Notes: generated by a model not told the origin, from the sequence alone. 64,000 nt of DNA from Geopsychrobacteraceae bacterium (GCA_963676795.2 CAXXTB010000002.1:128001-192000); one strand, 5' to 3'. Numbered from the stretch's first letter, positions 40,869 to 50,413 are shown. A program made the numbers and translations.

Positions 40869-41807
40869 TCAACCGGGCATGCCCGGAACCTTAACTGTGC
40901 CGGCCAGTTCTGAAAGCAGATCGTTGATCTGAATGCCTTTGATCTTGGCCTGATCGTGAAGGACGATTCTGTGGCCGAGGACCGGAATGAGCAGTTCCTG
41001 AATATCATCGGGAATGACATAGCTGCGCCCTTCCACCGCGGCCAGTGCCTGGCAGGCTCTCATCAGGGCCATTGAGGCCCGCGGGCTGGCACCGAAACGG
41101 ATCTGGGTGTGGTTACGGGTGGCCTGGACAATCTCGGCCAGGTACTCTTTGATCGCTTGTGAGACGATCACCTTTTTGCGCAGTTGCTGCAGGTCATGAA
41201 CTTCAGCAGGGCTGGTGATAGCCGAGAGCTGCTCGAGGGGGTTCTGCGCTTCGAAACGTTCAAGGATGGCGACCTCTTCCTGAAGGGTTGGGTAGCCTAG
41301 CTCGATCTTCATCAGGAACCGGTCGAGCTGGGCTTCCGGCAGAGGAAATGTTCCTTCCAGCTCAACCGGGTTCTGGGTGGCGATAACAAAGAAGGGCTGA
41401 GGCAGCTTGTAGGTGACCCGGTCGACGGTGACCTGGCGCTCTTCCATGCTTTCCAGCAGGCTCGACTGGGTTCTTGGGACCGTCCGGTTGATTTCGTCGG
41501 CGAGCAGGATGTTGGTCATCACCGGTCCCTGCTGGAAACGGAACTGCCCTTCGTTTTGCAGATAGATATTAAAACCGGTGATATCGGATGGCAGCAGGTC
41601 GGGGGTAAACTGAATGCGCTGGTAAGTACCGCCGATCGACAGGGCCAGGGCATGGGCGAGCATGGTTTTGCCGACGCCTGGGACATCTTCCAGCAGGACA
41701 TGGCCATCGGCGAGCAGGGCAACGACGATCTGTTTGATCGTCTGTTGTTTGCCGACTATAACGCGCGAGATGTTGTCCATGATGCGCGTGCAGGTCGAAA
41801 AATCCAC
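40869..41807 (-). CDS. MoxR family AAA+ ATPase
   Basis: LLEDVPGVGKT, RIQFTPDLLPSD, DEINR, ATQNP.E.EGTFPLPEAQLDRF. Confidence 0.95.
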   Translation of the reverse strand: MDFSTCTRIMDNISRVIVGKQQTIKQIVVALLADGHVLLEDVPGVGKTMLAHALALSIGGTYQRIQFTPDLLPSDITGFNIYLQNEGQFRFQQGPVMTNILLADEINRTVPRTQSSLLESMEERQVTVDRVTYKLPQPFFVIATQNPVELEGTFPLPEAQLDRFLMKIELGYPTLQEEVAILERFEAQNPLEQLSAITSPAEVHDLQQLRKKVIVSQAIKEYLAEIVQATRNHTQIRFGASPRASMALMRACQALAAVEGRSYVIPDDIQELLIPVLGHRIVLHDQAKIKGIQINDLLSELAGTVKVPGMPG

Positions 41808-42118
41808 AAATAGCTCCTTTGACTCCCCCTCATGAGATGAACAAAGACGTCTCAATATATACCCAGAAAGTGTGTTTGGCTATTCGTGTTTACACTTCTT
41901 AACAATAAATCTAAGGACGGGAATGAGACGTTTTTTCTAAGCAGAGAGAGCGGTTTATTCCTATCTGTGGATAACTCTGTTGATAGACGATATTTATCCC
42001 CTTTTGGCGTTTATTTCAGTGGAAAACTTCTCAGGGATTGTCGTTCAGGGTCTCTGTCTGTTCTTCATTGATTGTTGAGAAAGATCGGAGCAGAAGCTGT
42101 CGTTGGTGTACCAGAGGG

Positions 42119-42622
42119 TTAGTAGTTTCGGCATCCGCTGGTGGTAAAGTCGATCTGGGGGCGGCTTCCTGCCGCCGCCGCTTTTCTGTAGCGTACGTAA
42201 CAGCTTGCCGTTCCTGCATCGACCGGAATAACTTCCGGCCAGTAGACCCAGGCGTCATAGACGGTACTGTGGCGGACTTTCCATCCTGATGGCGTGTCGA
42301 CCATTTTGGTGATGCCGTAAACAGGTGTAGTGTTGTTCGGGGGGATCGATGGAAAGCCGTAGGCGAGCTCGATGGTTTCCCCTTCGGCGATAATGGTCGA
42401 AGTCGGCTGACTGTCTACGCCATCAATTCTTGCCTTGGCGTGAGCCAGGGTGGAGGCTGTCTCCAGTGCTCCGATCAGGCCTTCCATTGAGCTGATTATG
42501 GCCCGTTCCTTCATGTTGACGAATTTGGGAACGGCGACGGCACCTAATATTCCAAGGATGACAATGACAACAACCAGTTCTATGAGTGTGAAGCCACGTT
42601 CATTGCTGATTTCTGTTGGCAA
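42119..42622 (-). CDS. Type IV prepilin, MshA-like
   Basis: G|FTLIELVVVIVILGILGAVAVPKF, YGFP, C-terminal Cys pair; TTG start with GGGAG RBS. Confidence 0.85.
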   Translation of the reverse strand: MPTEISNERGFTLIELVVVIVILGILGAVAVPKFVNMKERAIISSMEGLIGALETASTLAHAKARIDGVDSQPTSTIIAEGETIELAYGFPSIPPNNTTPVYGITKMVDTPSGWKVRHSTVYDAWVYWPEVIPVDAGTASCYVRYRKAAAAGSRPQIDFTTSGCRNY

Positions 42623-42983
42623 GAGACTCTCCCATTTCAGTGGAATTAGATTTGGCAAATAAATCACTAACATACTGGTGAGTCAACACAATTTTTAATT
42701 TCGGATAACATCAGTAATACCTTTTCAGAGCTGATATTCCAGAATAATTGCAGGTGTCATCGGTCTTTTGATGGGAATGATCATTTTATCGGTGAAGGGA
42801 ATGGTTTGAGCCAAAAATATGACATTCCTTCAATGTTGATCTCTTCCAGTGAAACTCGATTCCATATAATAAAATCTTTTTAAATTATATGTTTACGCTA
42901 AATTAGTACTTGATTAGTTGATGTTAATTGATGTAGTTTTGTTCCTATTCAGTGAAGTGAACAACGAGTCAAGGAGGCTTCTT

Positions 42984-44276
42984 ATGAGCTGGACTTTTTC
43001 AAGAAAGACTGTGCTTGCGGGGATTGTTTTTTTTCTCGCTCTGATTATTCAGGCTTGGGTCTTCAGTCAAATCAATTCACTTGTCGCATCTCATCAGGTC
43101 CTGAGCGAACAGATTCACAGGTTCACTTTGACCGGTTACATCATTCTGATTCTGATGTTTATCTTTTTCGTAGTACTATCCTTCCTGTTGATAAAGGGGC
43201 TGATTCAGCCGATAAGACAGTCCATTTCCATGGTGCAGGGGCTGGTGAATGGTCGGCTCAATCAACAACTGGATGTTACCACCAGTAGTGAGGTCGGCCA
43301 GCTGGCCTCAGCACTGAATTCACTGGCTCTTGAACTTAACCAGGAGGTTGTGCGTCCTTTGCAGCAGCTGGCTGATGGCGATTTCAACTTCACTGTGACT
43401 CTTCGCGATGAGGGGGATCAAATCCGCCAGGCAATAGCCCGTACTTGCAGTGATTATAACGAGATGCTCGGGCAGTTTATGGAAGCGACAGAGCAGATGA
43501 GCATTGCCAGCACTCAGGTCTCAACCGCGATGCAGGCTCAGGCTGATGGCGCGAGCAAAGCGGCTGCTTCCATCGAAGAGATCAGCAGTTCGGTGCATGA
43601 AATGTCATCCCAGACCCAGCTCAACGCTGATAATGCCAACCAGGCCAGTCATCTGGCCCTGGAGGCCAGCGGTGCCGCCGCCAAGGGTGGAGAACAGATG
43701 CAGGCCATGGTTGTGGCGATGAATGATATCAATGCTGCTGGCCAGAATATCAGCAAGATCATCAAGGTTATCGACGAAATCGCTTTTCAGACCAATCTCC
43801 TGGCGCTCAATGCAGCCGTTGAGGCGGCCCGGGCCGGTCAGCATGGCAAAGGGTTTGCCGTTGTTGCCGAGGAAGTTCGAAATCTCGCTGCACGCAGTGC
43901 CAAAGCTGCCCAAGAGACCGCGGATCTGATCGAGAGTTCCGTCCAGAAAACTGTGAACGGAACAAATATCGCCGAACAGACATCTGGCTCGTTGACCGAA
44001 ATTGTCAATTCAATCAATCAGGTGACCGGACTCATTGCCGAGATTGCCTCTTCGAGCAACGAACAGGCTCGTGGTATAGAACAGGTCAACCAGACCTTGT
44101 CGCTGATAGATAAAGGGGTTCAGGCCGATACCGCCAATGCCGAGGAGGGCGCAGCTGCAGCAGAAGAGATGTCCAGCCAGGCGAGTTATCTTCAGCAATT
44201 GCTCAGTCATTTTCATCTGAATAGGGGGCAGCTCGCATCATCGTCACAGTCGGTCCAGCTCTCCCTGCCTCACTGA
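42984..44276 (+). CDS. Methyl-accepting chemotaxis protein with a very short extracytoplasmic loop
   Basis: 2 [26 protein letters not shown] signalling tip; AAGGAGG RBS. Confidence 0.92.
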   Translation: MSWTFSRKTVLAGIVFFLALIIQAWVFSQINSLVASHQVLSEQIHRFTLTGYIILILMFIFFVVLSFLLIKGLIQPIRQSISMVQGLVNGRLNQQLDVTTSSEVGQLASALNSLALELNQEVVRPLQQLADGDFNFTVTLRDEGDQIRQAIARTCSDYNEMLGQFMEATEQMSIASTQVSTAMQAQADGASKAAASIEEISSSVHEMSSQTQLNADNANQASHLALEASGAAAKGGEQMQAMVVAMNDINAAGQNISKIIKVIDEIAFQTNLLALNAAVEAARAGQHGKGFAVVAEEVRNLAARSAKAAQETADLIESSVQKTVNGTNIAEQTSGSLTEIVNSINQVTGLIAEIASSSNEQARGIEQVNQTLSLIDKGVQADTANAEEGAAAAEEMSSQASYLQQLLSHFHLNRGQLASSSQSVQLSLPH

Positions 44277-44284
44277 TCCAGCAT

Positions 44285-44323
44285 AAAAGAGACGGCCTGC
44301 ACTTTATGCAGGCCGTCTCTTTT
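44285..44323. terminator. Rho-independent terminator (symmetric)
   Basis: AAAAGAGACGGCCTGCA...TGCAGGCCGTCTCTTTT. Confidence 0.75.
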
Positions 44324-44567
44324 GTCTCCAGCGAACGTCCGGCTCAAAGCTGAGGCTGGCCAGCATGATCCGCAACTTGAGCGATTTGATTGAGGTTCGC
44401 TTCTGCTTTCTCAGTCCCGCGGGAAGTGCTTTGTCGATTGATCCGGGTTTTTCGTTGACAGTCATTGAGCCCTTTGCGTACAACCATAGTCGACTGTTCT
44501 CAAAACAGCGGATTGATAAATCGACCGGCAGAATCTCAAACGCCATGAGCAGCAAAGCCCCATCACG

Positions 44568-45506
44568 ATGACCGAAATTGCCAACCTGATCCTGGTTTCC
44601 GGCCGGGCCGCCGTTGAACTTGCCCTGTTTATCCTACTGCCGGTCATGATCGTCATGCTGACCCTGATGAGACTCCTTGAGGCCAAGGGGATTCTCGATC
44701 GCTTCGTCTCTCTCTTGTCGCCGGTTCTGAAACCGCTGGGGATTCCCGGGCTCGGGGTTTTTGCCTTGATCCAGGTTCTGCTGGTCAGCTTTGCCGCGCC
44801 GTTGGCAACACTGATCATGATGGAAAAAGGCGGGGTCAACAGACGTCACCTCGCTGCCGGCCTGACCCTGATCTTTGCCGGTGCCCAGGCCAATGTGGTC
44901 TTTCCGATGAGTGCCATGGGGCTGAACGGTCCGGCGACCCTGATTATTTCAGGAATTGCTGCAGTTATCGGTGCAGCGGCAACCTTTCATCTCTTTGGTC
45001 GTAAGCTGGAAAATGAGGATGAACCCCCGGAGCCCAAGCCGGAACATGCCACGGTTGACAGTGGTAAGGGGGTGATCGATCTGATCAACGCCGCCGGAAA
45101 AGAAGCCTTCACTATTGCGGTCGGCTCTCTGCCGATGTTGGTGCTGTCGTTGTTGCTGGTCAATATTCTGCGTACGATCGGCACCATTGAATTTATTGAA
45201 TCCTTGAGCGCACCGTTGCTGGCTCTATTCGACCTGCCGCCGGCGGCAGCGCTGGCCGTCATCACCAAGGCGATTGCCGGCGGAACGGCAATGATGGGTA
45301 TTTCTTCCGATATGCTTCAGCAGGGGCTGCTGTCGACGCTTGATATCAACCGGATGGCCGGACTGCTGATCCACCCCTTCGATCTGGTCGGGATCACCAT
45401 CATGATTTCGGCCGGACCACGGGTGGCTTCGGTCCTGCGTCCGGCGATCTGCGGAGCGGTTGTCGCTATTCTGCTGCGGGCGGCCATTCACCTGCTGGTC
45501 TGGTAG
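44568..45506 (+). CDS. Nucleoside-recognition (Gate) domain membrane protein
   Basis: Duplicated Gate-like hydrophobic halves (LP.M...L...G..D...LSPVL). Confidence 0.65.
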   Translation: MTEIANLILVSGRAAVELALFILLPVMIVMLTLMRLLEAKGILDRFVSLLSPVLKPLGIPGLGVFALIQVLLVSFAAPLATLIMMEKGGVNRRHLAAGLTLIFAGAQANVVFPMSAMGLNGPATLIISGIAAVIGAAATFHLFGRKLENEDEPPEPKPEHATVDSGKGVIDLINAAGKEAFTIAVGSLPMLVLSLLLVNILRTIGTIEFIESLSAPLLALFDLPPAAALAVITKAIAGGTAMMGISSDMLQQGLLSTLDINRMAGLLIHPFDLVGITIMISAGPRVASVLRPAICGAVVAILLRAAIHLLVW

Positions 45507-45514
45507 GGTTTTTC

Positions 45515-45841
45515 TCAGACTTCATTTTTGTGAAAGACATCGAAGAAGACGACGCTGTCGTCACTGATCTTTCCGCATTTTTCGCAGCGTTCTTCCAATT
45601 TCATGCTGGCCTTCTGGCAGAGTGAACACCACTCATAAATCAGGCGGTAATCACGGCGGCCGACGTATTTTTTGAAGCGGCTGTGGTGCTGGCCGCGCAT
45701 CCGTCCGTCCGCATCTTCCGGATTCTCCAGGATACGTTCTATGACCTGGTGAATGCGTTTAAAGCCGACTGTATCCTGCTTTTTGATCCGTTCCAGTTTG
45801 TTTTCAAAGCAGACCGTCGGATGGTAGCTGTAGGGTGGCAT
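45515..45841 (-). CDS. RelE/ParE-like protein with CxxC-CxxC insertion
   Basis: F..KL..I, I..I.ENP, K.VG..DYRLIY, V.H; CSLC...CEKC. Confidence 0.55.
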   Translation of the reverse strand: MPPYSYHPTVCFENKLERIKKQDTVGFKRIHQVIERILENPEDADGRMRGQHHSRFKKYVGRRDYRLIYEWCSLCQKASMKLEERCEKCGKISDDSVVFFDVFHKNEV

Positions 45842-46201
45842 CGATTAGTCCTTCCGCAAAAAATAACTGTGAGTTTGTATAAAATACTGGATTCAGGTGT
45901 TTTGTCAGCACTTCTTTTATCTTGCCCTCTGAATTTTCATTTCTTCAATTCAACGCTAACATATTGCTGTCATGAGGAAACCGAGCCTTCACCGTTACTT
46001 CTGGCGCAAGCGTTCTTGTGCGCTCCAATGTTCCTTATTCGGGACTATAAGTAAAATTTATAGTGTTGATATAAAAAAAATATTTTCTTTCGATTACCAA
46101 ATAGGTTATGTTTAGTTCGCACAGGGCAACAATGTTGCAGATAGAGAAACTGCCCCTGGGGGCTTCAGGCTCATTAACACAACCTCAAAGGAGTAAAGAT
46201 C

Positions 46202-46297
46202 ATGAAAGGCTTTAAACATTTTGCAGGTACAGGCACCGCCCTTGGTCTTCTTGTCGTATTTACCGTTATCCTGGCCGGACTGGCAGCTGTCGCCTAG
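46202..46297 (+). CDS. Small hydrophobic peptide 1 (31 aa) MKGFKHFAGTGTALGLLVVFTVILAGLAAVA
   Basis: AAAGGAG RBS; paralogous to the next two ORFs. Confidence 0.85.
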   Translation: MKGFKHFAGTGTALGLLVVFTVILAGLAAVA

Positions 46298-46351
46298 GTG
46301 AGTGAAAAGAAAACAAACTTAACCAGCTGATGAAAATTAAAGGAGAACGTC

Positions 46352-46447
46352 ATGAAAGGTTACAATCATTTTTCTGGTACTGGTACCGCTCTTGGCCTTC
46401 TTGCAGTATTTACAGTTATTCTGGCCGGGTTGGCTGCTGTTGCATAA
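46352..46447 (+). CDS. Small hydrophobic peptide 2 (31 aa) MKGYNHFSGTGTALGLLAVFTVILAGLAAVA
   Basis: AAAGGAG RBS; 27/31 identical to peptide 1 with mostly synonymous changes. Confidence 0.85.
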   Translation: MKGYNHFSGTGTALGLLAVFTVILAGLAAVA

Positions 46448-46520
46448 CCGATAGATGTGAATATTGAACGTGAAATCAACGTCAGGAGCAGGAAAAACTG
46501 ATCAAATAAAGGAGTGATTT

Positions 46521-46622
46521 ATGAAAGGGCTCAAGCATTTTACTGGAACAGGCGCTGCATTGGGAATTCTTGTTGCTTCCACTCTGGTTCTTGTGGCTCT
46601 GGCCAGCTCCCTGGTCGCCTGA
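46521..46622 (+). CDS. Small hydrophobic peptide 3 (33 aa) MKGLKHFTGTGAALGILVASTLVLVALASSLVA
   Basis: AAAGGAG RBS; shares MKGxxHFxGTGxALG. Confidence 0.8.
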   Translation: MKGLKHFTGTGAALGILVASTLVLVALASSLVA

Positions 46623-46654
46623 CTTAGACATAAAAAAAATACAAGATCCAACAC

Positions 46655-46683
46655 AAGGCCCCGCTCAATTGCAGGGCCTTTTT
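46655..46683 (+). terminator. Rho-independent terminator closing the peptide cluster
   Basis: AAGGCCC.GC...GCAGGGCCTTTTT. Confidence 0.7.
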
Positions 46684-46694
46684 ACGTCCTTGCG

Positions 46695-46922
46695 TTAATC
46701 GAGTAATTCAATTTCGGTGGTGACAGAATAAAGGATGCGAAGTTTTCGCCCGGCGTGGTTTTTCAGCCATTGTCGGGAAACGGGCAGGTCTTCAATTTCA
46801 AAGGAATGTGTATCGTTCTCAGTTTTGATTTCGACGCCATCGCTGAGAATGTTGTCACTGATAATTTCCGAAAGTTGACCTTCATAAGTGCTGGTGAAAT
46901 TTTGGTTCGCTACCTTTTCCAT
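46695..46922 (-). CDS. Hypothetical protein (75 aa)
   Basis: AGGAG RBS, converges on the terminator. Confidence 0.6.
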   Translation of the reverse strand: MEKVANQNFTSTYEGQLSEIISDNILSDGVEIKTENDTHSFEIEDLPVSRQWLKNHAGRKLRILYSVTTEIELLD

Positions 46923-47355
46923 GGTATTCTCCTGTTTTCATTTATGTGTGCGTCGTTTTTTGCCTTTTGGTTTTGCTGTGTAGCTGACTATAAGAAAAAT
47001 AGAAGCCGTGTTTCGTGTCATTTTGAGCCTGAAAAAGCGGAACAGATTGATGAAAAGACTGCCATTGGTTAATCTGTCTAATGTCTCATTAAAATTAAAC
47101 TAAGTCGCTATAGTTGCAAACAATTATTTTCAGTTCTTTGGTTGATCACTGGGACATGACTCGTCGATGGCTGTTGATGACAATCCTGGTCGCAGGCTGA
47201 CGGCAAGAGCCGGCAGGTCATAAAGTGGCTTGCTTCAAAACTTAATATTTGCTAGGAATTTTAAGCTAACTATCTGAAATAGAATTATTATTTATCATTT
47301 ATGGGAGGCGGGAGCAGTTCAGATCCATGTCTCTTTGCGAACTGGGTGATATTCG

Positions 47356-48975
47356 ATGAAAGAAGGGCAGTTGTTCAACGGCAGGTCTCTGGTCGGTGAT
47401 GTTTTTGGTGGGGTGACCGCGAGTGTTATCGCTCTGCCTCTGGCTCTGGCCTTTGGTGTAGCCAGTGGTGCCGGTGCTCAGGCCGGTCTTTACGGCGCTA
47501 TTATCCTTGGTTTTGTCGCGGCGCTGCTTGGTGGAACCAGGGTCCAGATTTCAGGACCAACCGGGCCGATGACCATAGTCACCGCGTCGACACTGGTGCT
47601 GTTTCAGGGAGATATCAGCCTTTTGATGGCTGTTGTTCTGCTCACCGGGCTGTTTCAGGTCCTCCTCGGTCTGCTCAAGGTCGGCCGCTTCGTCAAATAT
47701 GTCCCCTATCCGGTTATTTCCGGGTTCATGAGTGGCATCGGTGTGATCATCATTCTGCTGCAGATCAACCCGCTGCTCGGCCTTGACGGCGTGAACTCTC
47801 CAATGCAGGCGGTCATCTCCTTTACCGATCTTGCTTCCGGCTTGGCTCCGGAAACGATCTGTCTCAGCCTGGTTGCCCTGGCGATTGTCTTTCTCACGCC
47901 TAAAAAAATCGCCAGAATGATTCCGACTCCGCTGCTGGCTCTGATCCTTGTGACCTTGCTCTCGCGCCTTGCCGGCTGGCAGGTTGAGACGATCGGTGAT
48001 ATCCCCTCTGGCTGGCCGGCACTGACGCTGCCGGTATTTTCCTTGGGGCAGCTATCGACCATTGTTGCCTCCGCTCTGAGCCTGGCTCTGCTCGGCTCGA
48101 TCGACAGTCTGCTCACCTCGCTGGTCGCCGACTCGCTCACCAGGACCGAGCATAATCCCAACCGTGAGCTGATCGGCCAGGGGGTTGGTAATGCGCTGGT
48201 TGCTTTCTTTGGCGGAATTCCTGGTGCCGGGGCAACGATGCGGACTGTCGTTAATGTCAAGTCGGGAGGTTCAACCCGCCTGTCGGGAATGCTCCATGCG
48301 CTGATTCTGGCGGCGATCCTGTTGGGGCTCGGACGCTATGCATCGGTAGTTCCCATGGCGGTTCTGGCCGCGATCCTGATCAAGGTCGGGATTGATATTG
48401 TCGATTACCGGTTTATCAAAATCGTCCGGCAGGCCCCCCGCCATGATCTGGTTGTCATGATCACTGTTTTGCTGCTGACCGTTTTTGTCGATCTGATCAT
48501 GGCCGTCGGGGTTGGGGTCATTCTGGCTTCAGTGCTGTTGACCATCAGGGTGACAAACCAGGTGCGTTCTACGGTCAATGACATTACAGTGCCTTCTCGC
48601 AGCCTTGCGGATGGGGGAAACGCTGTTGAAGAGGGCGGTTTTACTATTCGGGTTGTCGATGTTGACGGGCCGTTTTTTTTCGGTTCGACGTCACAGCTGG
48701 TCGGTCAGGTCGGTCAGTTGCTCGGTACCAAGGCGGTTATCATCAACTTTCAGAAGGTGCCCTTTATCGATCTTTCCGCCTATTTTGCGCTCTGCGAGAT
48801 CATTCTCAAGCTAAAAGGCAAGGGGACCTTGCCGTTTCTGGTAGCCAAGCCTGAAGTGAAAGCCAAGCTAATGGCACTCGGAATTGGCGATGTTCTGCGG
48901 GAACCCCATATCTACTGTAATTTCGACCAGGCTGTCGAGCATGCAAAAGATCATGTGTTTTTAAATCGGCCCTGA
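47356..48975 (+). CDS. SulP/SLC26 anion (sulfate/bicarbonate) transporter with STAS domain
   Basis: GD..GGVTA..IALPLALAFG, QISGPTGPMT, ELIGQG.GN, GAGATMRT, GPFFFG. Confidence 0.95.
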   Translation: MKEGQLFNGRSLVGDVFGGVTASVIALPLALAFGVASGAGAQAGLYGAIILGFVAALLGGTRVQISGPTGPMTIVTASTLVLFQGDISLLMAVVLLTGLFQVLLGLLKVGRFVKYVPYPVISGFMSGIGVIIILLQINPLLGLDGVNSPMQAVISFTDLASGLAPETICLSLVALAIVFLTPKKIARMIPTPLLALILVTLLSRLAGWQVETIGDIPSGWPALTLPVFSLGQLSTIVASALSLALLGSIDSLLTSLVADSLTRTEHNPNRELIGQGVGNALVAFFGGIPGAGATMRTVVNVKSGGSTRLSGMLHALILAAILLGLGRYASVVPMAVLAAILIKVGIDIVDYRFIKIVRQAPRHDLVVMITVLLLTVFVDLIMAVGVGVILASVLLTIRVTNQVRSTVNDITVPSRSLADGGNAVEEGGFTIRVVDVDGPFFFGSTSQLVGQVGQLLGTKAVIINFQKVPFIDLSAYFALCEIILKLKGKGTLPFLVAKPEVKAKLMALGIGDVLREPHIYCNFDQAVEHAKDHVFLNRP

Positions 48976-49003
48976 TCGTGTGTTAACTGCTCAGAGCCGC
49001 TAA

Positions 49004-50413
49004 TCAGAGCTCCATGCGTCGCCGCTGAACCACGGCAAAACGGACGATAATCTGTTCCGCGTCGTAATTACAGCTCAGGCCGAGAAGATCATAGATGCCG
49101 CCGTAGCGTACATCACCGCCTGCCAGGGCTCTTCGACTGGAATCTGACATGAGCATGTAGCCATCGAAGTGCGTCCAGATCTGCTGTTTTCCCCAACCTT
49201 TGTCCTGACCGATACGCAGGTGCAAGTCTGGGGGGATGCACACGAGTTTGAACTGGCCTGGTTCAAGATCAAGCTCCTGTTCAAGAATGTCATTACCCCT
49301 TTGCAAAAGCGCAGACTCTATCTGGTAACGGGTCAGGCAGTTTCTACGTTTCAGCCCCAGTGCTTCAATCAACTCGCTGGACGGAGCATCGGTCCCTGAT
49401 TTTGGTTCCGGAAAATCTTCAACAAGAACATCTTCCTCGAGCATATTGGGCAGATAGCGCACACCTCCTGAATTAATGAATGGGTGAATTGCGAACAGTT
49501 GCAGGCGGTTTTTCAGTGCCTGGGGGACTCCTTCCGGAAGCGGAATATCTGGAACCTGAAGAACGCTGTGTTGACTGTTGTGGGAGTCTGAATAGGTTGG
49601 ATGCCAGGCAAACCGGGCAAATGGAGCAAATTCGGTGTGGCGTGACGGAGCATGAAAGAGGTTGAGGCCCAGCTGTGCCGCGGCTTTGAGAGTTTTTTTC
49701 GGGTATTGGTAGCGGTAGTCTGCAGGAGTGTTCAATCTTGAATTGAACATTTCCGTTGGTGTCGTTGTTTTCCCATTTATGGAGGCTTGCAGAATCTTCT
49801 CCGCCAGTTTTTCCAGCTGTGTGATGTTGTTCTGTTCCAGTGCGTCCAGAGCTTCTTCTTCGAGCACCTCTTTGGGTGTCTCAGAGGATTGGGCTAACGT
49901 ATTTTCGTAGATCGGCAACTTTTTTAAGGTTTCATTTCGCTGGTGGTACAGTACCTGCCATTGTGTATCGGTCTTGGCTAGTCTCTCAAGGATACCGATC
50001 AATCTTTTCTTCAGAGGTTCCAGTTCTTCGAGCGTAACACCGGAAAGCCTGTACATCCCGGGTGAAAAAGGATTGACAGGAATCTCCTGAGTCTCGTAGA
50101 GGTGACCGGCGAGTTCCATTTCCTCGGCTTTTTCTTTCAACTCCAGCTGTAGGACTGTATGTCGTGCACTGAGTTCACGGACCTGGCTCCAGTCGTTGTG
50201 CATCATTGCGTTACGAATCCTGATGGGCAGGCTTTCCAGCTGTGTCTGGTTCTGGCGCAGGAGATGATAACGTGACTTCGGTAGTACCTTCTCCATAAAG
50301 ATACAGGCGCGTTGGCGGTAAAGATCGTGATAAAGAGTGTCGCTGCGACTCAGTTCGGTCAGATCGCGGATGTTGGAATGAATCTGGCTTTGTTTTTTAT
50401 CGAAAACATGCAT
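49004..50413 (-). CDS. Hypothetical protein (469 aa)
   Basis: Long ORF with GGGAG RBS; no motif recognised. Confidence 0.75.
   Translation of the reverse strand: MHVFDKKQSQIHSNIRDLTELSRSDTLYHDLYRQRACIFMEKVLPKSRYHLLRQNQTQLESLPIRIRNAMMHNDWSQVRELSARHTVLQLELKEKAEEMELAGHLYETQEIPVNPFSPGMYRLSGVTLEELEPLKKRLIGILERLAKTDTQWQVLYHQRNETLKKLPIYENTLAQSSETPKEVLEEEALDALEQNNITQLEKLAEKILQASINGKTTTPTEMFNSRLNTPADYRYQYPKKTLKAAAQLGLNLFHAPSRHTEFAPFARFAWHPTYSDSHNSQHSVLQVPDIPLPEGVPQALKNRLQLFAIHPFINSGGVRYLPNMLEEDVLVEDFPEPKSGTDAPSSELIEALGLKRRNCLTRYQIESALLQRGNDILEQELDLEPGQFKLVCIPPDLHLRIGQDKGWGKQQIWTHFDGYMLMSDSSRRALAGGDVRYGGIYDLLGLSCNYDAEQIIVRFAVVQRRRMEL

Noticed and set aside
41966..41974. Perfect DnaA box in an AT-rich intergenic region, considered as oriC
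   Set aside because: Only one perfect box, with no box cluster or oriC-associated genes
44304..44571. Short ORFs between the MCP and Gate-domain genes
   Set aside because: No convincing RBS or motif; the minus-strand ORF runs into the terminator stem
46117..46165. CGCACAGGGCAA resembles the start of a c-di-GMP-I (GEMM) riboswitch
   Set aside because: The GAAA tetraloop stem, GACGCAAAGC and GGYCUAA elements do not follow
46190..46622. Three ~100-bp repeats at 150-170 bp spacing considered as a CRISPR or tandem-repeat array
   Set aside because: The repeats are open frames with RBSs and third-position divergence; no cas genes in the window
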